From Candidatus Zixiibacteriota bacterium (lineage in GTDB: Bacteria; RBG-13-66-14; B26-G2; WVWN01), in the NCBI GenBank assembly GCA_050117845.1, contig JASFLY010000011.1, forward strand, positions 19,351-83,350: a DNA stretch of 64,000 nucleotides, written 5' to 3'. Shown here one piece after another: positions 29,599 to 39,933 of the stretch (position 1 is the stretch's first letter; each line of letters starts with the position of its first letter). The translations under genes were made by a program, and so were the position numbers. The notes beneath the pieces are model-generated. The model searched no databases and was not told the origin of the DNA. It saw only the letters and a program-made list of their open reading frames with translations.

Positions 29599-30429
29599 TT
29601 GTATCCGGTTATCTGGAGAATAAGCGACACGATGGCCATCAAGTCGTACGGCGTCGCCATCGCCGTCGCGTTCGTGCTGGGAATACTGCTTACGGCGCGC
29701 CACGCGCGTAAGATAGGCCTCAAGTTCAACGACTTCGTGGACATGGGGTTCTGGGTTGTTATCATGGCCATCGTCGGGTCACGGGTGTTCTTCATCCTGT
29801 TTAACCTCCCGGCGTACATCGAACATCCGATAAACATATTAAAAATCTGGCACGGCGGCCTTATCTTCTACGGTGGCCTCTTCACCGCGGTCGTAACGGC
29901 CATAATATTTATGAAGCGCCGAGGGATACCGCCCTGGCTCGGCGGAGACCTCATCGCGCCGCAGATAGCTCTCGGTTACGCCATCACCCGGGTGGGGTGT
30001 TTCCTGAACGGGTGTTGCTACGGGAAACCGACCACGCTCCCGTGGGGCGTCAAGTTCGCCTCCGGGTCCGGCGCCGGGAACTTCATCACCAAGCTAGAGT
30101 TCATGGCGTTCTTTTCCGGTCAGCCGAATCCCGACATCCACCTCCATCCGGTGCAGCTCTACGCGGTCCTGGCGAACCTGGTAATTTTCGGGATCCTCCT
30201 GCTGGCGTGGCGACGCCGTAGTTTCGACGGCCAGATATTTTGGGGTTACCTGATACTGTATCCCATCTATCGTTTCGCGGTGGAATTCTGGCGGGGCGAT
30301 AACGAGGCTATTTTCCTGTCCCTCACCACCCCTCAGATTATGAGTATCGTTCTCTTCGGGTGCGCGCTGGCGGCCTGGCTCAACCTCCGGAGACGGGGCG
30401 TATATACCAAACCGACCGGGGGCCGGTAG
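29599..30429 (+). CDS. lgt: Prolipoprotein diacylglyceryl transferase
   Basis: SYG, GSRVFF, WHGGLIFYGG, RVGCFLNGCCYG, HPVQLY, RFAVEFWR. Confidence 0.95.
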   Translation: MYPVIWRISDTMAIKSYGVAIAVAFVLGILLTARHARKIGLKFNDFVDMGFWVVIMAIVGSRVFFILFNLPAYIEHPINILKIWHGGLIFYGGLFTAVVTAIIFMKRRGIPPWLGGDLIAPQIALGYAITRVGCFLNGCCYGKPTTLPWGVKFASGSGAGNFITKLEFMAFFSGQPNPDIHLHPVQLYAVLANLVIFGILLLAWRRRSFDGQIFWGYLILYPIYRFAVEFWRGDNEAIFLSLTTPQIMSIVLFGCALAAWLNLRRRGVYTKPTGGR

Positions 30430-31727
30430 TGGCCGAGGTGCGCGTCTGGATAACGGAACTGGCCGGCCACGTCGGCGAAGACGTGGCCGTGGCCGGATGG
30501 GTTTACAATTTCCGCAGCAGCGGGAAGATCTCCTTTTTACAATTACGCGACGGCAGCGGCCGCGTTCAGGCCGTCTGCGCCGCGGACGACGTCCCGGCCG
30601 AAGTCTTCGCCCGTTGCGCCGAACTCACCATCGAATCGTCGGTGCGGATAACCGGCGCCGTGCGCGAGGACAAACGGGCGCCCGGCGGCGTCGAACTCCT
30701 GGTCCGCGACCTCGAAATTATTTCCATCGCCCAAGAGTACCCTATTCAGAAGAAAGAGCACGGCGTCGACTTCCTGTTGGATCACCGTCACCTGTGGCTA
30801 CGCCAGAGCCGACAGGAAGCCATAATGAAGGTGCGTTCGACGATCGAGCACGCCATAGGCCGCTTTTTCGACGAGCGGAATTTCGTACGCGTCGACCCGC
30901 CTATACTGACGCCGACCTCCTGCGAAGGCACGACGACGCTCTTTCAGACGGACTATTTCGGCACGCCCGCCTACCTGAGTCAGAGCGGCCAGTTGTACAA
31001 CGAGGCGGCCGCGGCGGCCCTGGGCCGGGTGTACAGCGCCGGCCCCACCTTCCGCGCCGAGAAGTCTAAGACCCGACGGCACGTCATGGAATTCTGGATG
31101 GTCGAGCCGGAGGTAGCCTTCCTGGACCACGAGGGCAACGTCGCCCTGGCCGAGGATTTTATAACCTATATAATCGGCGCCGTTCTGGAAGAGCGGCGGC
31201 CCGAACTCGAACTCCTGGAACGGGACGTGGCCGCGCTCGAGCGCATCGGCGCTCCCTTCCCGCGCGTCACGTACGCCGAGGCCTTCGATATGCTCAAGGC
31301 CAAGGGGCTCGACGTATCGCCGGGCGAGGACCTGGGCGGCGACGAGCAGACGGCGCTGGCGGAAGATTTCGACGTACCGTTCATCGTGGAGAAGTTCCCG
31401 TTGGACGCCAAGGCGTTTTACATGTTGCGTTGCGAGGACGACCCGGAACTAACTTATTCGATGGACGTCTTCGCGCCCGAGGGCTACGGCGAAATAATCG
31501 GCGGTTCGTGCCGCGAGAACGACCTGAATAAACTGCTGGAAAACATAGCCGCCCACGGCTTGCCGCTCGAGCCGTTGGAGTGGTACCTGGACCTCCGGCG
31601 CTACGGCGGCGTTTCTACCGCCGGATTCGGCCTGGGCCTGGGCCGGACCGTCACGTGGATATGCGGCCTGAAGCATATCCGTGAGGCCATACCTTTCCCC
31701 CGGATGCTCAATCGTTTGCGTCCCTGA
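30429..31727 (+). CDS. asnS: Asparagine--tRNA ligase
   Basis: FLQLRDG, YLSQSGQL, PTFRAEKSKTRRH..EFWMVEPE, GFGLG, PFPR; GTG start overlaps the lgt stop. Confidence 0.92.
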   Translation: MAEVRVWITELAGHVGEDVAVAGWVYNFRSSGKISFLQLRDGSGRVQAVCAADDVPAEVFARCAELTIESSVRITGAVREDKRAPGGVELLVRDLEIISIAQEYPIQKKEHGVDFLLDHRHLWLRQSRQEAIMKVRSTIEHAIGRFFDERNFVRVDPPILTPTSCEGTTTLFQTDYFGTPAYLSQSGQLYNEAAAAALGRVYSAGPTFRAEKSKTRRHVMEFWMVEPEVAFLDHEGNVALAEDFITYIIGAVLEERRPELELLERDVAALERIGAPFPRVTYAEAFDMLKAKGLDVSPGEDLGGDEQTALAEDFDVPFIVEKFPLDAKAFYMLRCEDDPELTYSMDVFAPEGYGEIIGGSCRENDLNKLLENIAAHGLPLEPLEWYLDLRRYGGVSTAGFGLGLGRTVTWICGLKHIREAIPFPRMLNRLRP

Positions 31728-31742
31728 CCTGACGAGCTAACT

Positions 31743-33527
31743 TTGAATACCGACGACGAATGCCCAAGTAGCTGGCCCGTTAAGTGCGGCCGCCTTTTCT
31801 ACCGACTAACCGGACACCGCCACTTCGGCCCGATTATTCTGGCCGTTTTTATCGGCGCGATTACGGGCGGCGCGGCCATTGTGTTCCGCGAACTTATTAC
31901 GTTTTTCAACGTAATCCTTCTGGAACGGGCCTGGGGGTGGGCCGAGGCCAATCTGCCGTACGGAAGAGCCGCCCTCCCGATAATCACCGGGGGAGGCGGC
32001 CTCGTCGTAGGTCTCTTGACGCACTTCTTCGCCCGGGAGGCCAAGGGGCACGGCGTGCCGGAGGTCATGGCCGCGGTCGCCGTTCGCGGCGGCATCATCA
32101 GGCCGCGGGTGGCTCTCGTCAAAGCGATTGCCTCATCCATATGTATAGGGTCCGGCGGGTCGGCGGGCCGGGAGGGGCCCATCGTACAGATAGGCTCGAG
32201 TATCGGCAGCGCCGTGGGACAGGCTCTCCACCTCTCGGGTCAACGGGTCCGCACGCTCGTAGGTTGTGGCGCCGCCGCCGGCATCGCCGCCACTTTCAAT
32301 GCGCCTATCGCGGGCGCGTTGTTCTCGCTCGAGGTCATCCTCGGCGATTTCGCGTTCTCTAATTTCGCGCCGGTCGTAATTTCGTCGGTCGTGGGAGCCG
32401 AGGTGGGGCGATGGTATTTCGGTAATACTCCCTCGCTAACGGTCCTCCATTTCCAATTACGTTCCGTCGCCGAATTTCCCCTCTACGCCGTCCTGGGTAT
32501 CATCGCCGGGTTCGCCGGGCTTTTGTTCACCCGGTTCCTTTACGCTCAGGAGGACCTTTACGATAAAGTGCTTCGGCGCATACCCGGGCCGATTAAAGCG
32601 ATGATAGGCGGCGCTTTGGTCGGGGGCCTAGGGATATTTCTCCCGGAGATATTGGGTACGGGTTACGAGCCGATAGACCACGCGGTCAGCGGCCTGTATC
32701 CGTTAATATTCCTCTTGCTATTATTCGCGGGGAAACTCTTCGCCACGACCAGTACGCTCGGTTCGGGTGGCTCCGGCGGCATATTCGCGCCGTCGCTGTT
32801 TATGGGTGCGGTGCTGGGTAGCGCCTTCGGTTTGGCGGCCCGGGGAATCTTCCCGGGGTTCACGGCCCAACCCGGGGCGTACGCGCTCGTCGGGATGGGG
32901 GCCATGGTGGCGAGCGCAACGTACGCGCCGCTCACGGCGGTCGTTATATTATTCGAGATGACGGATAATTACACGATCGTCCTGCCGCTTATGTTGGCGT
33001 GTGTCGTGGCGATGTTCGTGGCCCGGCGCGTCAGCGACTTGTCGATTTATACGACTAAGATACGCCGGGCGGGGATCAATTTGCGCGAGGGCAAGGACGT
33101 CGACATCTTAAAGGCTATTAACGCCCGCGACGTAATGCGAACGGAGTACGAAACGATATACGGCGGTATGTTGTTCGACCAGCTAATAAGCTTCGTCCGG
33201 GAAGCCCGACAGAACTCCTTTCCCGTGGTTGACGGCGAAGGCCGATTGGTCGGCGTGATATCGACCACTATCTTGCGGCGTTGGATAAACGAGCCCTCGT
33301 TTTCCAATTTGGTCGTGGCGGAAGAACTGGCGAAGCGAAACGTCGTGACGGTTAAGGAAACGGAAACGTTATATACCGTTTGGGATAAATTCGAGCGGCT
33401 GGACGTGGAGAGTTTGCCGGTCGTCAGCCCCGACGATCCGGGGCTACTCGTTGGCCTGCTTTTCCGGGAGGACGCCTACGCGGCGTACACCGGCGAAACC
33501 GTGGGAGCGTGGGCCGACTCCCGATAA
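31743..33527 (+). CDS. ClC-family chloride channel/antiporter with CBS pair
   Basis: GHGVP, GREGP, GIFAP motifs; C-terminal CBS domains. Confidence 0.92.
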   Translation: MNTDDECPSSWPVKCGRLFYRLTGHRHFGPIILAVFIGAITGGAAIVFRELITFFNVILLERAWGWAEANLPYGRAALPIITGGGGLVVGLLTHFFAREAKGHGVPEVMAAVAVRGGIIRPRVALVKAIASSICIGSGGSAGREGPIVQIGSSIGSAVGQALHLSGQRVRTLVGCGAAAGIAATFNAPIAGALFSLEVILGDFAFSNFAPVVISSVVGAEVGRWYFGNTPSLTVLHFQLRSVAEFPLYAVLGIIAGFAGLLFTRFLYAQEDLYDKVLRRIPGPIKAMIGGALVGGLGIFLPEILGTGYEPIDHAVSGLYPLIFLLLLFAGKLFATTSTLGSGGSGGIFAPSLFMGAVLGSAFGLAARGIFPGFTAQPGAYALVGMGAMVASATYAPLTAVVILFEMTDNYTIVLPLMLACVVAMFVARRVSDLSIYTTKIRRAGINLREGKDVDILKAINARDVMRTEYETIYGGMLFDQLISFVREARQNSFPVVDGEGRLVGVISTTILRRWINEPSFSNLVVAEELAKRNVVTVKETETLYTVWDKFERLDVESLPVVSPDDPGLLVGLLFREDAYAAYTGETVGAWADSR

Positions 33528-33544
33528 GGGGTCGGCGGAGGACG

Positions 33545-34765
33545 TTGAGTGATCTCGGCATAGCCTTACTGCTCGCGGCGTCGCTTTTGGCGAGCGCGTT
33601 TTTCTCGATGGCCGAAAGCGCGCTTTTCTCGCTGGGGAACGTACGTCTTCGCCGGATGAAACTCCGCCGGGCGTTGACCGCGCCGCTGGTGCGGTCCCTT
33701 CTGGCCCGGCCTCGCCGTCTTCTCGTAACCATCGTAATCGGTAATATGTTCGCGCTGGCCGCCGCGACCTCGCTCGCGACGACGCTCGGCGTGCGCGTCC
33801 ATCCGTTGTACGGGCCGGCGGTAGCGGCCGTGGCGATGACACTCGCGATTTTCGTCTTCGCCGAAACTCTTCCCAAGACGCTGGGCGTCGCTTGGCCGGA
33901 ACGGGGCGCGGCCCTCACTTCCCCTTTCATAAAATTCATATTCTGGGTTTTCTACCCGCTCAATCGGGCGGCGGTGGCGCTCACGGACTACCTCGCCACC
34001 CGGCCGCCGCGGCAGAGCCTCGAGCCGGGCGTGGAGGATATTTACGGCCTCTTGCGAGAGAGCGAGGCCGAAGGGGTTCTCGACGACGTAGAGCGCGAAA
34101 TGATCGAGCGGGTCGTCGCCCTGGCCGACCGGACGGCCGGCGAAATCGCCACTCCCCGCACGAAGATATACGCCCTGCCGGAGGACGCCGATTTCCGAGA
34201 GGCCGCGGCCGAGGTCGCGGATTCGCCGTTCGCCCGGATCCCCGTGTATCGGGATTCGCTAGAGAACGTCGTCGGCATTCTTTACGTCAAAGATATGCTC
34301 CTCGCCGGGGAAGAACCGCCCCGGACCCTGGGGGACGTGGTCCGGCCGCCCCATTTCGTTACCGACAGCCAACCCGCCGTCAATCTCTTCATAGATTTCA
34401 TTAGGAATCGGACTCATATCGCGCTCGTGGTGGACGAGTACGGCGCCCTCGACGGCCTGGTCACCATGACGGACATGCTTCGCGAAATCGTCGGCGGCCC
34501 GGCCGAGCCGGTACGTTACCTGGGGGCCCGGCGCTTCGTAATCGCCGCGGACGCCGACCTCGAGGACTTCAACGACTACGCCGGCACCAACCTCCGGGAC
34601 GAGGAGGCCGAGACCATCGGCGGGTACCTGTTGAACCGGCTGGGTCATATACCGGCGACGGGGGAGTCGTACCGGGAGGCCAATCTGCTGTTTACGGTGG
34701 AGGCGGCGGAACCCCACCGGATAACCGACGTTCGGGTCGAGAAACTGGCGGGGGAGGAACCGTAA
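33545..34765 (+). CDS. CNNM/CorC-HlyC (hemolysin-like, DUF21-CBS) protein 1
   Basis: FFSMAESA, IGN, ETLPK, TPRT, VVDEYG, TIGG. Confidence 0.88.
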   Translation: MSDLGIALLLAASLLASAFFSMAESALFSLGNVRLRRMKLRRALTAPLVRSLLARPRRLLVTIVIGNMFALAAATSLATTLGVRVHPLYGPAVAAVAMTLAIFVFAETLPKTLGVAWPERGAALTSPFIKFIFWVFYPLNRAAVALTDYLATRPPRQSLEPGVEDIYGLLRESEAEGVLDDVEREMIERVVALADRTAGEIATPRTKIYALPEDADFREAAAEVADSPFARIPVYRDSLENVVGILYVKDMLLAGEEPPRTLGDVVRPPHFVTDSQPAVNLFIDFIRNRTHIALVVDEYGALDGLVTMTDMLREIVGGPAEPVRYLGARRFVIAADADLEDFNDYAGTNLRDEEAETIGGYLLNRLGHIPATGESYREANLLFTVEAAEPHRITDVRVEKLAGEEP

Positions 34766-36004
34766 GTGGACGTCCTTTATATACTGGTCGCGCTTGCGCT
34801 GGTCTTCTCGGCCGGATTCTTCTCGTCGGCCGAGACGGCGGTCCTGGCGGCCAACCGGATGCGCTTGCGGCACCTGGCGGCCACCGGCGACCGCCGGGCG
34901 GCTCGTGTTCTGTCCTTTCTCGACAAGCCGGACACCTTCCTGACCTCCATCCTCTTCGGCAACAACGTCTCGCTCGTTATCGCGACGTCGCTTCTGACGG
35001 TGGCGGCCGAGCGTTATTCCGGGGAAGCCGCGGGGGTGCTCGCCGCCACGGTCGTCATGACGGTGCTGTTGACGTTGTTCTCCGAGATAATACCCAAGTC
35101 GATAGTGCTCGAGGACGCGGATTATTTCGCGATGTCTTTCGCCCCGGCCGTAAACGTATTGGACAAAATCTTCAAGCCGGTGGTATGGGGGGTGAACGTC
35201 GTCGCCGGAGGCCTGCTCGGCTTCGTCCGCGTACGGGCGGAACGTTTGCCCTTCGCCTCTCGGGAGGAGTTGCGGGCCATCCTCACGGCTCGGGGGCCCC
35301 GCACCCGGACGGAGGTACTGCAACGCCGTATCATCCGCCGGATATTCGGTTTCGGCGAAACGACGGTGGAGCAGGTTATGGTCCCGCTGGCCGACGTTAT
35401 TTCCTTTCCGGAGACGGCGACCAAGGCCGACGTCGTGGCCGCGCTCGCGGACAGCGGATACTCCAAATACCCGGTTTACCGTGACGCCCCGGAGAACGTC
35501 GTCGGTGTCGTGGTGGCGCGCGACCTAATAACGTCGACGGCCGACACCTCCGTCAAATCCTATTTGTGGAGGCCGGTATACGTCTCGCCCGATGACAGCG
35601 TGGAGGACCTTCTCCCGCGCCTGGCCCCCCGGCGGATAGACATGGCCGTGGCCCGCGACGAGGCCGGCGCGGCCGTCGGGATTCTGACCCAGGAGGACAT
35701 CGTCGAGGAGATAGTGGGGGAGATAGAGGACGAATACGACTGGGGGGCCGCGGGCCTGATTCGCCACGGCGAAGGGTACACCGCCGACGCCCGCGTCACG
35801 ATAAACTATTTCAACGAACGGATGCCGGCGCCGCTGCCGGCCGGCGATTACATTACGCTCGGCGGCTTCCTCACGTCGCGGTTGGGGAGAGTCCCCTCGT
35901 CCGGCGAAGAATACGTTTGGCCGCCGTACCGTTTTCGGGTCCTGCGGGCTACCCCCCGGGCCGCCAGACTCGTCGGCATCGAGGTCGATAAACCCGCGGC
36001 CTGA
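34766..36004 (+). CDS. CNNM/CorC-HlyC (hemolysin-like, DUF21-CBS) protein 2
   Basis: FFSSAETA, GNN, EIIPK, EDIVEEIVGEIEDE. Confidence 0.88.
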   Translation: MDVLYILVALALVFSAGFFSSAETAVLAANRMRLRHLAATGDRRAARVLSFLDKPDTFLTSILFGNNVSLVIATSLLTVAAERYSGEAAGVLAATVVMTVLLTLFSEIIPKSIVLEDADYFAMSFAPAVNVLDKIFKPVVWGVNVVAGGLLGFVRVRAERLPFASREELRAILTARGPRTRTEVLQRRIIRRIFGFGETTVEQVMVPLADVISFPETATKADVVAALADSGYSKYPVYRDAPENVVGVVVARDLITSTADTSVKSYLWRPVYVSPDDSVEDLLPRLAPRRIDMAVARDEAGAAVGILTQEDIVEEIVGEIEDEYDWGAAGLIRHGEGYTADARVTINYFNERMPAPLPAGDYITLGGFLTSRLGRVPSSGEEYVWPPYRFRVLRATPRAARLVGIEVDKPAA

Positions 36005-36021
36005 TCGCCCGCTATAAGGGG

Positions 36022-36050
36022 TTGCGAAAGGTCGCGGGCGACGTTATACT
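36022..36050 (+). promoter_or_regulatory. Sigma70-type promoter
   Basis: TTGCGA-17 nt-TATACT. Confidence 0.6.
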
Positions 36051-36070
36051 CCTCCGGATAAGGTAATAAT

Positions 36071-37261
36071 ATGGCATTCAAAGGCGATCTCGAAACCCTT
36101 AACCTCCCGGATATCCTGCAGCTGTTGAGCACCGCCCGGAAGACCGGCGCGCTGTCCATCCGCCGGGGCGCCGAGGAGAAGCGGCTTTATTTCCGGGAAG
36201 GGATGCTGGTATACGCGTCGAGCACCGATGAACGCGAGAAGCTCGGCAGCGTGCTCGTGCGGGAAGGTTATGTCGACGCTTCCGCGGTGGAGCGGGTCCG
36301 CATGTCCCAGGACCAGTCGGGCCGGCCCTTCGGCCTGTGCCTTCTGGAGCACGGCCTCTTGCCCCACGAACGGCTCGTTAGCGGCCTCAAGACCCAGGGC
36401 CGGATGATCATAACGAACCTCTTCCAGTGGTGGGGCGGCCACTTCGAATTCCGGGAGGGGGAGCAGGGGTGGCCGGAGGAAATTTCCGTCGGCTTCGACA
36501 TCCAGGCCATAATAATGGACGCGGCCGCGGCGGTCGACGAGTGGAACCGCATCAAGGGGATGCTGCCGGACCTCGACGTCGTACTCGAAATAGTCCCCGC
36601 GCCGGCGAAGGGAAAGGGCGCGGTGAAGTTCGACGACGACGAGTGGCACATCCTGTCGCTTGTCAACGGCCGGCGCTCGGTCGTCGACATAGCCGCGACG
36701 AGCAATCTCTCCGACATCGAGACCTGCGCGGTGGTCTGCCGCCTGCTGGAGAACGGCATTATCCGTTCGACGGGAGTCAAGGCGAAGACGGAAGCCGCCG
36801 CCGCCGACACCTCGGGCGCCGCGGCGCTGCTGGAGATATACAACGAACTATTCGCCCAGGTGACCTTCGCCGTATCCGAGGACGCGGGGGAGGACGCCGT
36901 GCGCGGACTTAGCGAGGCCGCCGCGGCGCGTTGCGATACGTTCCCGCTCCTGCGTGGGGCTTGGCATACAGCCAAGGGTGTTTTGAACAAGGGCGTGGTG
37001 CTCGAGAACCTCCTGGCCTTCGACCCCGAGTCGCGCAACGACGAACTCGCCGCCGGCCTGTTCGAACTCTTCCGGTACGAGTTATCGTTAACCGCGGAGG
37101 TCCTTAGCCGGCCGCGCCAGGCCGCGCTCATTCAGGACCTCCAGCCGCTGGCGGCGCTCCTTTTAAAGAAGCACGACTCGGCGCTGGTCGACGTGGGCGT
37201 GCGGCGCGTACTCAACCGCTTCCTCTCGCCGACGGAAGTATCTTATGCGGAACGGAAATAA
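36071..37261 (+). CDS. DUF4388 domain protein
   Basis: FKGDLETLNLPDILQLL...KTGAL...LYFREG...WWGGHFEF. Confidence 0.85.
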   Translation: MAFKGDLETLNLPDILQLLSTARKTGALSIRRGAEEKRLYFREGMLVYASSTDEREKLGSVLVREGYVDASAVERVRMSQDQSGRPFGLCLLEHGLLPHERLVSGLKTQGRMIITNLFQWWGGHFEFREGEQGWPEEISVGFDIQAIIMDAAAAVDEWNRIKGMLPDLDVVLEIVPAPAKGKGAVKFDDDEWHILSLVNGRRSVVDIAATSNLSDIETCAVVCRLLENGIIRSTGVKAKTEAAAADTSGAAALLEIYNELFAQVTFAVSEDAGEDAVRGLSEAAAARCDTFPLLRGAWHTAKGVLNKGVVLENLLAFDPESRNDELAAGLFELFRYELSLTAEVLSRPRQAALIQDLQPLAALLLKKHDSALVDVGVRRVLNRFLSPTEVSYAERK

Positions 37262-38381
37262 CGGAAACGGCGACAGCCCCCACGCCGGCCTGGCCGAGAA
37301 ACGGCTCCGCACGCTGGTGGAGATATCCCGGTCCTTCTCGGACGAGAGTGAGCTTTCGGCGCTGCTCGCGCTCGTGGCGCGGCGGACATCCGAGGCCGTG
37401 GGTGTGGAGCGGTCGTCGGTCTGGCTGCACGATCGCGAGAAGCGCGAGGTATGGACCGTCGTCGCGGAGGGCGAACTCCGCGAGATACGGATGGCGGAGG
37501 ACGCCGGCGTGGCCGGATGGGTTGCCATGACGGGCGAGGCGACCGTCGTGGAGGACGTGACGCAGGACCCCCGGTGGAACAAGGACGTGGACCGCCGTAC
37601 CGGCTATACGACCCGGAACATGTTGTGTGTGGCCATGATCAATCCCGGCGGAGAGCGCATCGGCGTCTTCCAGTGCATTAATAAAACCGACGGAGGTTTC
37701 GCGCCGGACGACGTGAAGTTCCTGGAGGCCATCGCGACGCAGGCCGCCGTCTACATCCAGTACGCCCGTCTGCTCGAGGCCCGCAAGAGGATGCTCGACA
37801 GTTTCCTCGACACGCTGGCCGAGACGATCGAGTCGCGGGACCCGCTTACGGCCGGCCACAGCCGGGGCGTGATGCGCTACGCCGTGGGAACGGCCAAGAA
37901 GCTTGGCTTCCCCTCCGACGAAATCGAGGTCGTCCGCTACGCCGCGTTGCTGCACGACTACGGGAAGATCGGCGTACCGGACGAGATCCTGCGCAAGCCG
38001 ACCACGCTGACGCCGGCCGAGTACGAGGTCATAAAAAAACACGTTCTCTATACCCAACAGATATTGATGCGTATCAGCTTCGAGGACCGGCTGCGCGAGG
38101 TGCCGGTCGTCGCGGCGCATCACCACGAGCGCTTGGACGGTTCGGGTTATCCGAACGGCCTCAAGGGTGACGAGATATCGCCGGGCGGTCGCATTATAGC
38201 CGTGGCCGACGTCTTCGACGCCGTTACGTCACGGCGACATTACCGCGGTCCCATGACCGTTCCCCAGGCCGTGAGCCTTCTTGAGGACGGCGCCGGCGAC
38301 CAGTTCGACCGCGACGTTTTCGAAGCGTTCAAACGCCTCCTCATCGAAGAGGGGCGCCTCGAAGCCGGGGCGTTCGATTAA
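37245..38381 (+). CDS. GAF + HD-GYP cyclic-dinucleotide phosphodiesterase
   Basis: GAF domain; GHS, LHDYGKIG, HHERLDGSGYP, VADVFDA. Confidence 0.92.
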   Translation: MRNGNNGNGDSPHAGLAEKRLRTLVEISRSFSDESELSALLALVARRTSEAVGVERSSVWLHDREKREVWTVVAEGELREIRMAEDAGVAGWVAMTGEATVVEDVTQDPRWNKDVDRRTGYTTRNMLCVAMINPGGERIGVFQCINKTDGGFAPDDVKFLEAIATQAAVYIQYARLLEARKRMLDSFLDTLAETIESRDPLTAGHSRGVMRYAVGTAKKLGFPSDEIEVVRYAALLHDYGKIGVPDEILRKPTTLTPAEYEVIKKHVLYTQQILMRISFEDRLREVPVVAAHHHERLDGSGYPNGLKGDEISPGGRIIAVADVFDAVTSRRHYRGPMTVPQAVSLLEDGAGDQFDRDVFEAFKRLLIEEGRLEAGAFD

Positions 38382-38382
38382 A

Positions 38383-38955
38383 ATGGCTGCCGACGTCTGG
38401 GCCGGGATAATCGCTTTGGTCGAGGCCGGCGACGCCGCGGCCGCGGTTGAGCGGTGTCTGGCGTTCTGGGAACGAGAGGGCGGGCCGGCGGAGCGCCCCG
38501 AGGGGGACGACGACCCTATTCGGGCTCTCAATAGCCTCCTCACGGTGTGGCAGCAGATAGAGCTCTACGTGGGAGAGGTAAACCGGCGTTCGGCCAATCC
38601 CCGAACGTGGAAACTCCTGGCCTACGCCTATATGTGGGCCGGGGCGTACGTCCCCGCGCTGTTGCGTGCCGCCGAGCAGGCGCTGTTGGCGAGCGCGGCC
38701 CGGGAGGAAGATGAGGGCCGGGCGGCGAACATAGACGAGAAGATGGAGTTGTGCCGGCGCGCGCTCGCGGGGGAAAAGGAAGCCCGGGCGGAATTGATAG
38801 CCGGCGAAGAGGCCTTCGCGGCCAAGTTCACGGATTTCCCGGCGCGGGTCCCGATGCCCGAGCTGTTCGTGCGTTCCGGCGCCGCAAGGCAGGCCGAACT
38901 GACGATAACGGCAGCGGTTATCGCCCCCGATTTACTCGACATTCTAAACGACTGA
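38383..38955 (+). CDS. Hypothetical helical protein
   Basis: ATG 1 nt after the HD-GYP stop; operon-like spacing. Confidence 0.55.
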   Translation: MAADVWAGIIALVEAGDAAAAVERCLAFWEREGGPAERPEGDDDPIRALNSLLTVWQQIELYVGEVNRRSANPRTWKLLAYAYMWAGAYVPALLRAAEQALLASAAREEDEGRAANIDEKMELCRRALAGEKEARAELIAGEEAFAAKFTDFPARVPMPELFVRSGAARQAELTITAAVIAPDLLDILND

Positions 38956-38963
38956 GGTTTCTT

Positions 38964-39359
38964 ATGGAACGGAAGTTAATAGGCCGGTGCGGGAAATATT
39001 GCGGCGAGTGTCGAATATACGTGGCCTTCCACGTCGAGGACGGCATGGCGGTTAAGGCGTTGGCCGCGGAAATGGGCGTAGGGCCGGACGAGATAAAATG
39101 CGAGGGGTGCCAGGGGCCGGCGGAAGACTGCTACAACGCCGCCTGTAAAATAACCAAATGCCTCGACGAACGAGGGTATCGTTACTGCGCCCAGTGCGCC
39201 GAAATAAACGATTGCACGAAGTACGCCCAGATCAACCTGGAAGCCGGCGGCCGGCCCAAGATATATTCCTCCCAGCTTCGCGCCTGGGGCGAGGACCGCT
39301 GGATCCGCTTCCACCTCGGCGAGGGCGACGAGGAAGAGGGGGAGGGAGGCGACGAGTAA
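38964..39359 (+). CDS. DUF3795 Cys-rich protein
   Basis: CGKYCGEC...CEGC...CKITKC...CAQC pattern; GAGG SD. Confidence 0.8.
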   Translation: MERKLIGRCGKYCGECRIYVAFHVEDGMAVKALAAEMGVGPDEIKCEGCQGPAEDCYNAACKITKCLDERGYRYCAQCAEINDCTKYAQINLEAGGRPKIYSSQLRAWGEDRWIRFHLGEGDEEEGEGGDE

Positions 39360-39394
39360 GGTCCGGCCTCCCCGGCCGGCGTCGTTGGGCGTTG

Positions 39395-39883
39395 ATGGAC
39401 GAACACTCCCCCCGAGAATCGTACGACGCGGAGAGCGTAGCGGCCCGGGCCCTGGCCCTGTTCCGCGGCGGCTACAACTGCGCCGAAGCCGTGTCGACCG
39501 CCGTGGCCGAGGCGTTTGCGCCGGGGCAAACTTGTTTCCCGGCGGCCGCCGGGGGTTTCGGCGGCGGGATCGGCCGTCGGGGAGAGGTGTGCGGCGCGGT
39601 AACGGGGGCCGTAATGGCCCTGGGCCTGATCCGCGGCCGGCCGGCGGGAGATAACGAGGACGAGGTTCGCAAGGCCAAGGACCGCACGTACGAGTCGGTA
39701 AACGAGATAGTCGGTTCTTTCGAAAACCGGTTCGGGAACATAGGCTGCCGGGAGCTTACGGGGTACGATTTAAGCAGCTCGGAAGGCCGCGAGAAATTCA
39801 GAGATGAAAAGATAGCCCAAAGACTATGCGAAGGTTTCGTGACGACGTCGGCGCGCGCGTTGGTGGAAGTTTTAACGAAATAA
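39395..39883 (+). CDS. C_GCAxxG_C_C family putative redox protein
   Basis: YNCAEAV, GFGGGIG, CGAVTG, CRELTG, C-terminal Cys. Confidence 0.88.
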   Translation: MDEHSPRESYDAESVAARALALFRGGYNCAEAVSTAVAEAFAPGQTCFPAAAGGFGGGIGRRGEVCGAVTGAVMALGLIRGRPAGDNEDEVRKAKDRTYESVNEIVGSFENRFGNIGCRELTGYDLSSSEGREKFRDEKIAQRLCEGFVTTSARALVEVLTK

Positions 39884-39933
39884 TAAGGCTTTGACGCCAC
39901 GCCGAAGCCGCCGTCGGGCGGCTTTTAAAATAA

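Noticed and set aside
38964..39883. Selenoprotein recoding in Cys-rich genes
   Set aside because: No in-frame TGA; all motif positions are Cys.
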